A stretch of DNA of 44,872 nt, taken from positions 1 to 44,872 of the forward strand of contig JACOZR010000022.1 of the NCBI GenBank assembly GCA_016181245.1, in the 5' to 3' direction. This document shows positions 29,102 through 39,002 of the stretch, in pieces (the first letter of the stretch is position 1; every line of letters begins with the position of its first letter). The translations under genes and the position numbers were made by a program. This stretch comes from Candidatus Woesearchaeota archaeon. Its GTDB lineage: Archaea > Nanobdellota > Nanobdellia > SCGC-AAA011-G17 > GW2011-AR20. Below the pieces are notes generated by a model. That model saw only the letters and a program-made list of their open reading frames with translations. It did no database searches and was not told the DNA's origin.

Positions 29102-29980
29102 ATGAAAAGAAGAATAGTAAAACAAGGAACCGCAACTATGATGGTTAGTTTGCCTGCAAAATGGATTAGAAAATTTAATCTTAAGAAGGGCGATGAAGTT
29201 TACGTTGAGGAGTTTGATAAAGGATTGATAATCAAAACTGATTCTTCTTTAGTTAACTCAAATAAAGCAATTATAGATGTTACTGGTTTTAATCCTTTGG
29301 TTAATAGGATTCTAATTTCCTTTTATGTTCGAGGAATTGATGAGTTAGAAGTAAGATTTTCTAATACAAGTGAAGTTTCTGATTTTCAAAAAAGAGTTAT
29401 AAACGAATTAATAGGATTTGAGATTATTAAACAAACTAACTCTAGTCTTATTATAAAAGATATTGCTACTGTAGACAACCAAAATATTGATGAGGTTGTT
29501 AACAGAATATTCTTAATTTTAGATTCTATGGCAGATGAGCTTGTTAATTCTATAAGCAAGAAACAAGATTTAAAACCTATTATTGACATGGATTCTAGCA
29601 TAAACAAATTTGTGAACTTTTGCTTGAGAATACTGAACAAGAAAGGGTATATTAGATTTGATAGAACATTGCAAATGTATTCAATAGTCTCTTTACTAGA
29701 AGAAATCGGAGATTTATATAAAAAGATTTCTTTAGAATTAAAAAAGAATAAGAATTTAGCAAATAATGATGTTTCTACGATTAGAGAACTGAAAGAATTT
29801 TTACATTTATATCATAAATTATTATTTAATTTTAATAAGAAAGAGGCTGTTATTTTTGCTAATAAATATGAAGCTATAAATAAAAAATTAAAACAAAAAA
29901 ATTTAGTTGATATTTACTTATTTCAAATTTTAGAAACTATAATCAGAATGAATAATCATCTTTTAGTTGTTTCTTTCTAG
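29102..29980 (+). CDS. AbrB/SpoVT-domain plus PhoU-like regulator (paralog of 5136-6089)
   Basis: 292 aa with the N-terminus KQGTATMMVSLPAKWIRKFNLKKGDEV followed by a helical PhoU-like region. Confidence 0.7.
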   Translation: MKRRIVKQGTATMMVSLPAKWIRKFNLKKGDEVYVEEFDKGLIIKTDSSLVNSNKAIIDVTGFNPLVNRILISFYVRGIDELEVRFSNTSEVSDFQKRVINELIGFEIIKQTNSSLIIKDIATVDNQNIDEVVNRIFLILDSMADELVNSISKKQDLKPIIDMDSSINKFVNFCLRILNKKGYIRFDRTLQMYSIVSLLEEIGDLYKKISLELKKNKNLANNDVSTIRELKEFLHLYHKLLFNFNKKEAVIFANKYEAINKKLKQKNLVDIYLFQILETIIRMNNHLLVVSF

Positions 29981-31909
29981 AGCCTTTCTGTATCCAACAA
30001 GTTTTTCTGAAAAGTCTGGTGTTGGTAATGCAAGTTCCCACCAAAACGTGTTTTCTACAATATGTTCTCTATGTATTGGTACTGCATAATACCCAATTAC
30101 TCTTCCGCTTTTATTTTTTAAAGCAAACTGTAGTGTTTTTGTGGTTGTATCTTCCCCTATGGGTAAACCAAGATTGGAAAAAATTCCATTAACAAAATTA
30201 CCTTGTCTTATCTCTGTTTTGAACCCATCTTCCGGTATTGATACATCACATGCTAGTTTTTCTTGTAGGGATTCATAATCTGGTGTTTCTATGCGTGGGA
30301 GTTCTGCATATCCTCCTAGTTCTAATGATCTTAGCCATACTTTGTCTTTTTGATTTCCAACAATTATTGGGACTCTTTTTCTTGCCAGGCATTTGCCGGG
30401 TTCTAAGTACTCTATTTCTTTTAATGCTGTTATAACGCCTTCTTTATCTGGCTTATCATGAGCGTATATCTCTGCTGCTAAGATATATATTCCATCTTCC
30501 TCTGGGGCTTTCATTTTTACATACGGATACCATCCATATCCTTCACTTCCTATATCATCGTATCTTTCTGCACTAACAGCAAACTCTATTGGTTGATATC
30601 CTTCGAAATATACTTTTCCTTCAAATGTGGGTATTGAACAATGACTTCTGTTAGGCCATGGCTTTTCTTTCACTTTTACATTTACTTCTATACTGTCTCC
30701 TTTGCCTAATGATAGAAACTTTTCTACATCTTTACACAGTTCATATGGATTTCTTTTATATACTTTAAGATTAATATCAACTAAGTTGTTATCAATACCT
30801 AATGTGGATCCGGAAAATTCAGCTTTCACTGGGTATTTTTGTTCTACTATTTTTTCAGTATTTGTTTGTAGATAACTAATCCCTGGAATAGCTAAACTTG
30901 CAGCGAATAAGCCTCCTACTAAAAATCTTTTAAGTCTTGATTTTGTTTTTGAATCTTTCTTTGTTGCTCTGTCAAAATCTTCAACTAATTCATCTATTGA
31001 ATTGTATCTTTCTGCTTCATTTAATGTCAAACATTTTCTGATTAATTGGGAATACTTTCTTGCTTTTCTTGGAATTAATTTTAATCCTCCTTCTAAAGTT
31101 TTGCTATGTTTCCTTTTGTCTATTAATCCCCCACTTAGTATACTCTCTCCTGTTACTGTGCTTTTTCCTTCTCTTTCTAAAAAATCATAACTGAATGGAA
31201 CTTTTCCTGTTAATGCATAGAACATATTCATACCTAGGGCATAAATTTCTGCTTGCTCTGTATATTTAGACTCTTGCCCTGTAAATGTGTCTCCTAATAA
31301 TGGGTCACGAACGAATCTTGCTCCAGCTGTTGGCATAACACTTTCTCTTATCTCTGCTATACTTGAAGAATTTGCTAAATCTGTTATTCTTGTCTCAATA
31401 CTTCCGTTTCTTCTCACTAAAATATTTGGAGGGGTCAGATCTCTGTGAAACAAACCTTTTTCTTTAATTAAATATCTTACTCCAGGTATTACTTGAGAAA
31501 AAACTGTTTCAAATTCTTTTGCCTCTAAAATACCATCTTCTTCTACTGTTCTTCTTAGAGATTTTGAACTAGTAAATTGTGGTTCTACTGACACATATGT
31601 TCCGTCTTGTTCATAAAAATCTGCTAATGGGCTTATACTATGTGCTAATGCTTCATCTATCCCCATTGATAATAAGGCTGAAATTTCATTTCTAGTATCA
31701 CAACCTCTTTCTCTTAACAACGTTCCATTCTGGGTACTTGGGACTTTGTCTACTTTTATGAAGACAGGTCTTCCTTCTCCATCTTTGCCTTGTAAAGCTG
31801 TAAATGTTTGACGCATAGAACCATTTTCCCCTCTAAAAGGTTGAAGTTTTGTGTACTTATTTGAAGGTAAAATTTCTCTAACTATATCTATTAAATTCTC
31901 TTTTTCCAT
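29963..31909 (-). CDS. membrane-anchored Ser/Thr protein kinase with a large C-terminal extracytoplasmic domain
   Basis: 648 aa with VFIKVDK (Lys), the HRDLTPPNILV catalytic loop, and ITDLA in place of DFG. A single TM helix, FLVGGLFAASLAIPGISYL, lies near aa 330. The C-terminal ~300 aa are unassigned. Confidence 0.8.
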   Translation of the reverse strand: MEKENLIDIVREILPSNKYTKLQPFRGENGSMRQTFTALQGKDGEGRPVFIKVDKVPSTQNGTLLRERGCDTRNEISALLSMGIDEALAHSISPLADFYEQDGTYVSVEPQFTSSKSLRRTVEEDGILEAKEFETVFSQVIPGVRYLIKEKGLFHRDLTPPNILVRRNGSIETRITDLANSSSIAEIRESVMPTAGARFVRDPLLGDTFTGQESKYTEQAEIYALGMNMFYALTGKVPFSYDFLEREGKSTVTGESILSGGLIDKRKHSKTLEGGLKLIPRKARKYSQLIRKCLTLNEAERYNSIDELVEDFDRATKKDSKTKSRLKRFLVGGLFAASLAIPGISYLQTNTEKIVEQKYPVKAEFSGSTLGIDNNLVDINLKVYKRNPYELCKDVEKFLSLGKGDSIEVNVKVKEKPWPNRSHCSIPTFEGKVYFEGYQPIEFAVSAERYDDIGSEGYGWYPYVKMKAPEEDGIYILAAEIYAHDKPDKEGVITALKEIEYLEPGKCLARKRVPIIVGNQKDKVWLRSLELGGYAELPRIETPDYESLQEKLACDVSIPEDGFKTEIRQGNFVNGIFSNLGLPIGEDTTTKTLQFALKNKSGRVIGYYAVPIHREHIVENTFWWELALPTPDFSEKLVGYRKALERNN

Positions 31910-32012
31910 GGTGAAAATAGCAAAATTTACTTTATAAACGTTTCTGTTTTGTTATTATTTCTTAGTAGTTAATTATACAAAGGTTTATATACGGGTTTGA
32001 CTACTTAATATT

Positions 32013-32387
32013 ATGAAAAAAGTAGGAAAAGCTTATGGATTTTTTGGATGTAGTGCTTCAAGACAGGAGATTGAGGCAGAGTTATCTTTACCTGCAGTTC
32101 GTAGAAATGTTCCCAAAGAACTGGAGCTTTCTCTGATGGAAGATATGAATCATTTAATGGGGTTAAGTGGCGTAATAAATGTTGATGGCTTACTTCAATT
32201 TGCTAGAAGATTTGATGCACAGTATATGGTGGAAGCAACTTATCCTGATGCAACTAACGAGAAAACATCTGGAGAATTGCAAGCGCTCTTAATTAACTTA
32301 TCTAATTCGCTTTTCTGTCACACACCGGAGCATATACAAGGAAAAGTTGTTTATGAAGTAGGTGGTCGGTATGTTATTAAAGAATAA
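32013..32387 (+). CDS. hypothetical protein
   Basis: 124-aa ORF divergent from the kinase gene. No domain recognised. Confidence 0.4.
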   Translation: MKKVGKAYGFFGCSASRQEIEAELSLPAVRRNVPKELELSLMEDMNHLMGLSGVINVDGLLQFARRFDAQYMVEATYPDATNEKTSGELQALLINLSNSLFCHTPEHIQGKVVYEVGGRYVIKE

Positions 32388-32394
32388 ATAGTAA

Positions 32395-34278
32395 TCATCT
32401 AATTCTTATAACTTCTAAATTTTTAGGAGCAACGGTTTCAATTCTTTCTAACTTGTGGATTGTAGAAGCCAAGTCTAAACATTTTGAACTTTCTCCATGT
32501 ACAAGAATTATTTTCTTAGGCTTAGGATCTAATCTATGAACAAAATTTAACAACTGCTTTCTGGAACTATGACCTGAGAATCCAGACAATGTATGAATTG
32601 ACATGTTAACTGGAACTACGTTGTTTGTATCAAAAGTAATTTCTTTTTCTCCATTTTGGATTCTTCTTCCAATGCTACCTGGACCTTGATAAGAAACAAG
32701 AACTATGGAGTTTCTTTCATCAGAAGCCAATTCTTTAAAGTATTCAACTGAGGCTCCTGCATTCAACATTCCTGATGTTGCCAGGATAACACAAGGACCA
32801 CCTTCTAAAACTTCTTTCATTTCTTTTTGACCTGCTATATGTTTGAAAACATCACTTAAAAATGGATTTTGATCTCTGTGGAAAATTAATTTCTTTACTA
32901 TGTTATTAAAATAATCGGGATATGCTGTGTGAATTGCAGTTATATCCCAAACTAAACCTTGGACATAGATTGGAACTTTTTCCATTTGTCCTGAGCGTAT
33001 TAATTTTTCAATAATGACCATAACTTCCTGAGCCCTTCCAACTCCTAGGACAGGAATTAAAACTTTTCCTTTTCTTTCTACTGTTTCTTTTACTATTTTT
33101 ACGAGTTCTTCTTCAGATTCTTTTCTTGCTGGAGGATTGTCATCTTTGCCTCCGTAAGTTGCTTCTATCATTACTGTTTCTAATCTCGGGAATCTTGTAT
33201 TTGCAGAAGACAATAAATTTGAAGTTTCATAATTTAAATCTCCACAATATAGTAGGTTATGCAAACCGTTACCAATATGCAAATGAACTAGTGAACTACC
33301 TAAAACGTGGCCGGCATTGTAAAATGTTAAACGAACATCTGGTGTAACATCTGTAACTTCTTCATAATTTAAAGTAATGGAATGTTTTACCATTTCTTTA
33401 ATGTCAGTACTAGAATAAATTGATTTTTTATTTTCTTTATTTGCGATTCCTATGTAATCTAAACACAATAAAGCAGCTATGTCTCTTGTTGGTTCTGTGC
33501 AGTAAATCGGACCTTTATATCCCATCTTGTATAAATAGGGGATTAATGCTGCATGATCTGTATGCGGATGAGACAAGATAATTGCATCCAATTCTTCAAT
33601 ATCAAATTCTGGGGCGTCTAAATATGGAAATGGCTCTTTATCATTTGAAACATCAACTCCACAATCTAATAAAATTCTTGATTCTGGGGTTTGCAATAAG
33701 AAACATGATCTTCCCACTTGTCTTGCTGCGCCTAGGAAACTAAGTCTTACCCACTCATCTTTTTTCTCCCTTATCCAGCCATCATAAATTCTATGACCTA
33801 CTTTGTCTAAGAATTTTTTCCTATAGTCATCATTTTCAAATAGAACCTTTCTTATTTTTTCTATTATTATTGATCTAATTGCTGGTTTTCTTTTTACAAT
33901 TGGAACCCAGAATGTCTTTTCTTTTATTGACTTTAGTACTTCACCGCCCTTGCCAATTGCAATGCCTGGCTTTTCAGCTTCAATTACTACAATTGACCTT
34001 TGATGATCAAAATTTATTTCAATCTCTCCAGCTTCAGAAGGTATTTCTTTTCTAATAATTTCTTCTGCTTTTTCTTCATCTAAAATAATAGAAGGATCGG
34101 GTCTTAATTCTACTCTTTTTTTTATTTTGTCAACTATTTCTTTAAGAGTTCCATTGTTGTTTAAGAAAAATTCTTTATTCTTAGTATACAGAACAATGTT
34201 TGCTCCTTCAAATCCTGAATCAGAAATGTCTGCTGATTCCGGGACATCTTTTAGTACTTCTTTTAATATATTTACCAT
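32395..34278 (-). CDS. aCPSF1-type RNA-processing ribonuclease (KH + metallo-beta-lactamase + beta-CASP)
   Basis: 627 aa with an N-terminal KH-like region (GIAIGKGGEVLKSI), the HPHTDH motif and a beta-CASP-length C-terminal half. Confidence 0.9.
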   Translation of the reverse strand: MVNILKEVLKDVPESADISDSGFEGANIVLYTKNKEFFLNNNGTLKEIVDKIKKRVELRPDPSIILDEEKAEEIIRKEIPSEAGEIEINFDHQRSIVVIEAEKPGIAIGKGGEVLKSIKEKTFWVPIVKRKPAIRSIIIEKIRKVLFENDDYRKKFLDKVGHRIYDGWIREKKDEWVRLSFLGAARQVGRSCFLLQTPESRILLDCGVDVSNDKEPFPYLDAPEFDIEELDAIILSHPHTDHAALIPYLYKMGYKGPIYCTEPTRDIAALLCLDYIGIANKENKKSIYSSTDIKEMVKHSITLNYEEVTDVTPDVRLTFYNAGHVLGSSLVHLHIGNGLHNLLYCGDLNYETSNLLSSANTRFPRLETVMIEATYGGKDDNPPARKESEEELVKIVKETVERKGKVLIPVLGVGRAQEVMVIIEKLIRSGQMEKVPIYVQGLVWDITAIHTAYPDYFNNIVKKLIFHRDQNPFLSDVFKHIAGQKEMKEVLEGGPCVILATSGMLNAGASVEYFKELASDERNSIVLVSYQGPGSIGRRIQNGEKEITFDTNNVVPVNMSIHTLSGFSGHSSRKQLLNFVHRLDPKPKKIILVHGESSKCLDLASTIHKLERIETVAPKNLEVIRIR

Positions 34279-34307
34279 TTATCGAAAACTTGAAATTTTA
34301 AAGAAAA

Positions 34308-34958
34308 TTATTCTAACGAAATTCTTGCTTCTTTCTCCATTAAGGGTTGAACTCCTGCTTCTGTTATGGTTACAATATCAATACCATCTCCTGAAGCCAT
34401 ATCTCTTTGCACTGCTGCATTAACCGCTTTCTTTGCTAGTTCTATACCTTCTTTCATTGACATATTTGGAGTATACAAAGCTTCTAGAACACCTATTGCA
34501 GTTATACTTCCAGAGCCTGATGAGGCATAGTCTGTATATTTTGTTATTGAACCATCAATTCCTAAGTCAAATAAATGAAATCCTTTTTGATCAACCCCGC
34601 CTAGTATGAACCCAACTATTCCTGGAACCATGCTTGGTCTTCTTATATTTGAGTATAATAAATTCCCCAGTAAGTTAGCTACTTCTGCTACATAAAGATT
34701 TTTTCCTCTTCTTAAGGAATCTAACCTAACTTGAGCTCTTATTATTCTTGTTAACAATTGAGCATCTGAAACTAATCCTGCATGGGTTATTGCAATATTA
34801 TCACTAATTTTAGCTATTTTTCTTTGTCTTTTATTAACTATCATATACCCTGCACTTGTCCTTTTATCTGCAGCGAATACAATACCATCTTTACAGATAA
34901 TTCCTAATGTTGTTGTTCCTGTTTTTACAACCTCTTTGTTTACTGAATCTGTTCTCAT
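34308..34958 (-). CDS. psmB: proteasome beta subunit
   Basis: 216 aa with the propeptide then VKTG|TTTLGIICKDGIVFAADKR, which carries the N-terminal Thr nucleophile. Confidence 0.93.
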   Translation of the reverse strand: MRTDSVNKEVVKTGTTTLGIICKDGIVFAADKRTSAGYMIVNKRQRKIAKISDNIAITHAGLVSDAQLLTRIIRAQVRLDSLRRGKNLYVAEVANLLGNLLYSNIRRPSMVPGIVGFILGGVDQKGFHLFDLGIDGSITKYTDYASSGSGSITAIGVLEALYTPNMSMKEGIELAKKAVNAAVQRDMASGDGIDIVTITEAGVQPLMEKEARISLE

Positions 34959-35086
34959 ATTATTTTCCCTCTCTAAGTTGGAAGAATTAATCTTATTTTT
35001 TAGTTACTTCTTAGTTTTATTTAAAGCTTTTGGTTTCAAAATTTTGTTACGAAAGCCTTTTAAGAATTTTTACTCTTATAGTTTAA

Positions 35087-35953
35087 ATGGGTGAATTTAG
35101 AAATTTAAGGTCTCTTGATGCACTGGGGATTATCCATTTAGGATATGATCCAGATAAAGTAGACTTTGTACCTGGAGAAACGCCTCACGAGTTTGTTCCA
35201 AGAAACATATTTAACAAACCCGGAGATTTTGCTTTAGTTCATAGTTATGGTTCTTGGGTTTACATAGAAGAACGAAATGAGAATGAGTTAATGAACTTGA
35301 CTCAGTTAGTCTTACCTAATACTACGATTGTTAGATCTTATGAACAAACCGTTAATGTCTTTACTATTGAAACTTTAAATGATAGCGAGGGAAGACCAGG
35401 ATATTCATTTAGATCTGGTAATATTGAAATGACTGGGCAAGATATTCCCGGAATAACAGGATATGCATTAAATGTGGGTAATAAAATAATCAAAGTATTG
35501 TTTAATGTGGATATATCTTCTCCTTTTAATGGGGTCCATCACACATTAATTGTTCCGATGCTACCTTTTAAGCAGAGAGATTTAAAATTTTGGCAAAAGC
35601 TTTCAGAGACGTATGGCCTTGAATTATCTGAAGGAACGAAAGGAAAAAATGGTATGGTTACTTATCATGCTTCTAGAGAAGGATTGTTAGAAATAGAACT
35701 CTCATCTATTCCTGTATATTCTGACCATCAGGGAGGATTAAATATATTTTTAAGACTTACAAGACCAGTTGATGGAAAAGTACTAATTGGATTAAACCCT
35801 CTATCCTCTTTTGGTTCAGTCCATCTTGAAGGGCAGCTTCCTAAAAAAGGTTTAATTGGATCAAATATCTCTATTGATGCACCTAGAAGGGAGAGTTTTA
35901 TTATACCAAGAGTTCTTGAAAGGATTTTACATGAAGAAGAGCCAAACTCATGA
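35087..35953 (+). CDS. hypothetical protein
   Basis: 288-aa ORF. No domain recognised. Confidence 0.45.
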   Translation: MGEFRNLRSLDALGIIHLGYDPDKVDFVPGETPHEFVPRNIFNKPGDFALVHSYGSWVYIEERNENELMNLTQLVLPNTTIVRSYEQTVNVFTIETLNDSEGRPGYSFRSGNIEMTGQDIPGITGYALNVGNKIIKVLFNVDISSPFNGVHHTLIVPMLPFKQRDLKFWQKLSETYGLELSEGTKGKNGMVTYHASREGLLEIELSSIPVYSDHQGGLNIFLRLTRPVDGKVLIGLNPLSSFGSVHLEGQLPKKGLIGSNISIDAPRRESFIIPRVLERILHEEEPNS

Positions 35954-36018
35954 TGTTATTCATAAACCTCTGGGCAACTAAAACCATAATCTTATAAAGA
36001 TTGTCTTTTGTTTTTTAA

Positions 36019-36384
36019 ATGATGTATACTATAGTTTTAGATACAAATTTTTTGATTACAGCTCTAAAGTTTAAGATAGATGTATTTGGGGAAATTGAAA
36101 AAATATGCATTTTTGACTATAATATCTCTGTTTTAGATAAAACTCTAACTGAATTAAAGGGAAAACCTAATGAAAAGCTTGTAAAAGCGTTATTAAATAA
36201 AAAAAAGGTTAATATTATAAAAACAAATACAAAAGACTATGTTGATGATATCTTAGCAAAATTAGATAAAAGTTTTATAATAGCTACACAAGACATAGAT
36301 TTAAAAAGGAGATTAGAAACTAAAAAACTGCCCATAATCTTTATAAGGCAGAAAAAATATTTGGAATTGAAAAATGTTTTATGA
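36019..36384 (+). CDS. PIN-domain protein, Fcf1/Utp24-like
   Basis: 121 aa with VLDTNFLI and ATQDIDLKRRL acidic motifs. It occupies the conserved position directly upstream of rpo7. Confidence 0.8.
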   Translation: MMYTIVLDTNFLITALKFKIDVFGEIEKICIFDYNISVLDKTLTELKGKPNEKLVKALLNKKKVNIIKTNTKDYVDDILAKLDKSFIIATQDIDLKRRLETKKLPIIFIRQKKYLELKNVL

Positions 36385-36937
36385 AGTAACTTTGAGAAGC
36401 CATATAAGAGTACCTCCGCACCTATTTGGGGATGATACTGGAGATTCTATATTGAAGAGATTAAGAGAACAATTTAATAATATGGTTTCTAAAGATTTTG
36501 GAATTGTTATTGCAATTTCTGATATTGTAAATGTTGGAGAAGGAGTTATAATCCCTGGAGATGGAGCAGCTTATTATGATACTACATTTAAAGTTTTAGC
36601 TTTTAAGCCTGAATTACAGGAAGTTGTTTTAGGTACAATTACTGATATTACTGATTTTGGCGCTTTTATTGATATTGGACCAGCAGATGGAATGATACAT
36701 ATTAGCCAGACAATGGATGATTTTGTTAATTTCAGCAAGACTAATGTTTTAACAGGAAAAGAATCTAAAAGAACTTTGAAAGTCAAGGATTCATGCAGAG
36801 CAAGAATAATTGCAATAAGCTATAAAAATGTTAATGAACCGAAAATTGGATTGACTATGAGGCAGCCAAGATTTGGTAAATTAGAAGATATTGAAAAAGA
36901 AGTTAAAGATGCTAAGGGAGAAGATAAGAAAAAATGA
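36374..36937 (+). CDS. rpo7: RNA polymerase subunit Rpo7 (E')
   Basis: 187 aa with the N-terminus MFYEVTLRSHIRVPP and the S1 domain GTITDITDFGAFIDIGPADGMIHISQ. Confidence 0.9.
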   Translation: MFYEVTLRSHIRVPPHLFGDDTGDSILKRLREQFNNMVSKDFGIVIAISDIVNVGEGVIIPGDGAAYYDTTFKVLAFKPELQEVVLGTITDITDFGAFIDIGPADGMIHISQTMDDFVNFSKTNVLTGKESKRTLKVKDSCRARIIAISYKNVNEPKIGLTMRQPRFGKLEDIEKEVKDAKGEDKKK

Positions 36938-37191
36938 CTGGGTGGACTACATATGGAAATGGAATTAGAACTAGGGCTGTAGATGAATTTATAGTATGGG
37001 CACAAACATTAAGAATGAGACAAGACACGGATAGTAATGTTATTTATTTTGATGAGACTCTTTCTTTAATAGAGAACTACACGAGATTTTTATGCAGGGA
37101 TGAAGATATGAACCCTAAAGAGTTAACACTAGAACAAAGAGCCCAGTTAGAAAGATTAAGAACTGGGATGATTCATCTTTTGGGAGGGTAA
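36934..37191 (+). CDS. hypothetical 85-aa protein inserted between rpo7 and spt4
   Basis: ATGA overlap with the rpo7 stop. Trp/Arg-rich. No domain recognised. Confidence 0.4.
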   Translation: MTGWTTYGNGIRTRAVDEFIVWAQTLRMRQDTDSNVIYFDETLSLIENYTRFLCRDEDMNPKELTLEQRAQLERLRTGMIHLLGG

Positions 37192-37204
37192 AGAATAAAT
37201 AAAA

Positions 37205-37387
37205 ATGGCAAGAAAAGTATGCAAGAAGTGCAAAATTTTTGTTGAAAAGGATAAATGTCCTATTTGTGGAAGTAATCAGTTTAATGATACTTGGAAAGGA
37301 AGGATAACTATTTTAAAGCATGATAAATCTGAGGTTGCTAGTAAAATGGGTATTGCTGTTAATGGAGAATATGTTATAAAACTATGA
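37205..37387 (+). CDS. spt4: transcription elongation factor Spt4 (RpoE'')
   Basis: 60 aa with the zinc ribbon CKKC...CPICG. Confidence 0.85.
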   Translation: MARKVCKKCKIFVEKDKCPICGSNQFNDTWKGRITILKHDKSEVASKMGIAVNGEYVIKL

Positions 37388-37683
37388 AAATCGTTCAAAA
37401 AATAAATCATCCTTTATTGAAGAGAGAACAAATAACTTTTGAAATAGAACATGCAGGATCAAAAACACCTAAGAGTGATGAGATTTTACAAAAAATTGCT
37501 GAAGCTACTAAGGCTTCTAAAGAGCTCATCAAAATTAAGAATATTGTTCCTGGATATGGTGTTACAAAAGCTAAGGTTATAGCTAATATTTACAAAGATG
37601 AGAATGCTTTCAAACATATAGAAATAATCAAGAAGAAAGCTAAGAAGAAAGAAGATGGCAAAAAAGAAGCAAGTAAAGAATAA
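37384..37683 (+). CDS. rps24e: ribosomal protein S24e
   Basis: 99 aa with HPLLKREQITFEIEHAGSKTPKSDEI. ATGA overlap with spt4. Confidence 0.88.
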   Translation: MKIVQKINHPLLKREQITFEIEHAGSKTPKSDEILQKIAEATKASKELIKIKNIVPGYGVTKAKVIANIYKDENAFKHIEIIKKKAKKKEDGKKEASKE

Positions 37684-37834
37684 AAAACCAAGTACTAAGT
37701 GGACTAAATTTAAATTAATAGATGGAAAAATAACAAGAGCTAGAAATTGTCCTAAGTGTGGACCTGGAGTATTTTTTGCAGAACATAAAGATAGATTATA
37801 TTGTGGGCATTGTCATTATCTAGAAATTAAATAA
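37655..37834 (+). CDS. rps27ae: ribosomal protein S27ae (59 aa, just below the ORF-track cut-off)
   Basis: My translation is MAKKKQVKNKKPSTKWTKFKLIDGKITRARNCPKCGPGVFFAEHKDRLYCGHCHYLEIK, with a C4-type zinc ribbon. It overlaps the rps24e 3' end by 29 nt, the usual gene order. Confidence 0.8.
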   Translation: MAKKKQVKNKKPSTKWTKFKLIDGKITRARNCPKCGPGVFFAEHKDRLYCGHCHYLEIK

Positions 37835-37847
37835 ATTCTTTTTAAAA

Positions 37848-38255
37848 ATGGCAGATTTAAGGGAAATTTTAATTAAGTTTATTAGGACTAATGGTTTAGA
37901 AGCTAGAGCTGATTTTCAAATGGGCAAAAAGCCAAGAAAAGTTTATTCTTGGTTTGATGGTTCTATTAAAACTGAAAAACAGGTTAAAGCAACACCCGAA
38001 TTTGAGGGTTTTTTGGATGGATATCAAGGACGTCCTAATCTGTATGAGGGAAGTGGAGTACTTTCAGGAAGAAGAGCGTATTTTATTCAAGAACTAGTAA
38101 ACTCTGCTGAGACGATGGTTGCAGCTATTGGTGGTGTACAAGATGCAGGACTAAGTGCTAAGATAAGAGAAGCAGCTGGAGAAGCGATGCAAGAAACTCC
38201 TTTAGAAAGATATAATGAACAGTATAAACTAGGATTATTTTCTTCTAGAAAATAA
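37848..38255 (+). CDS. hypothetical protein
   Basis: 135-aa ORF. No domain recognised. Confidence 0.4.
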   Translation: MADLREILIKFIRTNGLEARADFQMGKKPRKVYSWFDGSIKTEKQVKATPEFEGFLDGYQGRPNLYEGSGVLSGRRAYFIQELVNSAETMVAAIGGVQDAGLSAKIREAAGEAMQETPLERYNEQYKLGLFSSRK

Positions 38256-38409
38256 TTTTAAAACCCACAAGGTCAGCCCGAGAGCCAACCCCATGGGAAA
38301 AAGAGGTGATATAATATAGGGATACCAACATATATATAAACTTTTCTATTGTTTTTATTTTAAAGTAGTTACACAATAGCCTTTTTAACTTCTTTGCTTT
38401 TATTAGCCT

Positions 38410-38958
38410 ATGCCTACAAGTGAAAAGGAAATTGGAAGGATTATTCTTTTTAAGATTGCTACAGAATTGCTAGATTTTGACTTTATAGGAAAAGTTATGC
38501 ATAGGTCTCTTGAATTTAAATATCCTGAATCTGCTTCTCTTTATGTTAGAAATGTAACTGAAGGTTATATGTATGGTTCTAATGGAAATAGTGCTAGAAC
38601 TTTGAGCAAAACAAGAAGTTTGCATAGACTTTCGACATTAGTTTATGCTTTAGGGATTCCAGAACGAGAGGGATTTATTGGGTTTATTAGAAGTGTAGAT
38701 GCAGATTTTATTTATCCTCCTAATACCAACATAGAGTTTGGTATACTTCCCTTAATGGGTAGAACCTTGCCAGACAAGATTAAATCACTTGAGGAAAATG
38801 TAAGTGAAAGAGTTTCTTTATGTTGTGATGAGATAAGGACACTTTTAGAAGAGGCAAAAAAACCAAACAAGACACCATGGATTTATCATTCTTCGCTACA
38901 AGCCTATGGCGAGTGTTTAGAAATTTTAGAGAGGCATTTTTCGGAAGCAAAAAAATAA
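38410..38958 (+). CDS. hypothetical protein, possibly HTH-containing
   Basis: 182 aa. SARTLSKTRSLHRLSTLVYALGIPE loosely resembles the XRE-type HTH seen in 11431-13284. Confidence 0.4.
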   Translation: MPTSEKEIGRIILFKIATELLDFDFIGKVMHRSLEFKYPESASLYVRNVTEGYMYGSNGNSARTLSKTRSLHRLSTLVYALGIPEREGFIGFIRSVDADFIYPPNTNIEFGILPLMGRTLPDKIKSLEENVSERVSLCCDEIRTLLEEAKKPNKTPWIYHSSLQAYGECLEILERHFSEAKK

Positions 38959-38970
38959 TTTTTTAAAAAG

Positions 38971-38978
38971 ATTTAAAA
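38971..38978 (+). promoter_or_regulatory. TATA-like box (ATTTAAAA) for a leaderless aEF-2 transcript
   Basis: Centred about 28 nt upstream of ATG 39003. Confidence 0.3.
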
Positions 38979-39002
38979 AGACTTTACATTTCCAATACTT
39001 AA

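Noticed and set aside
36019-36384. The PIN-domain gene as a VapC-type toxin of a toxin-antitoxin pair.
   Set aside because: No antitoxin partner is present. Its position immediately upstream of rpo7, overlapping it by 11 nt, is the conserved location of the Fcf1/Utp24-like archaeal PIN protein.
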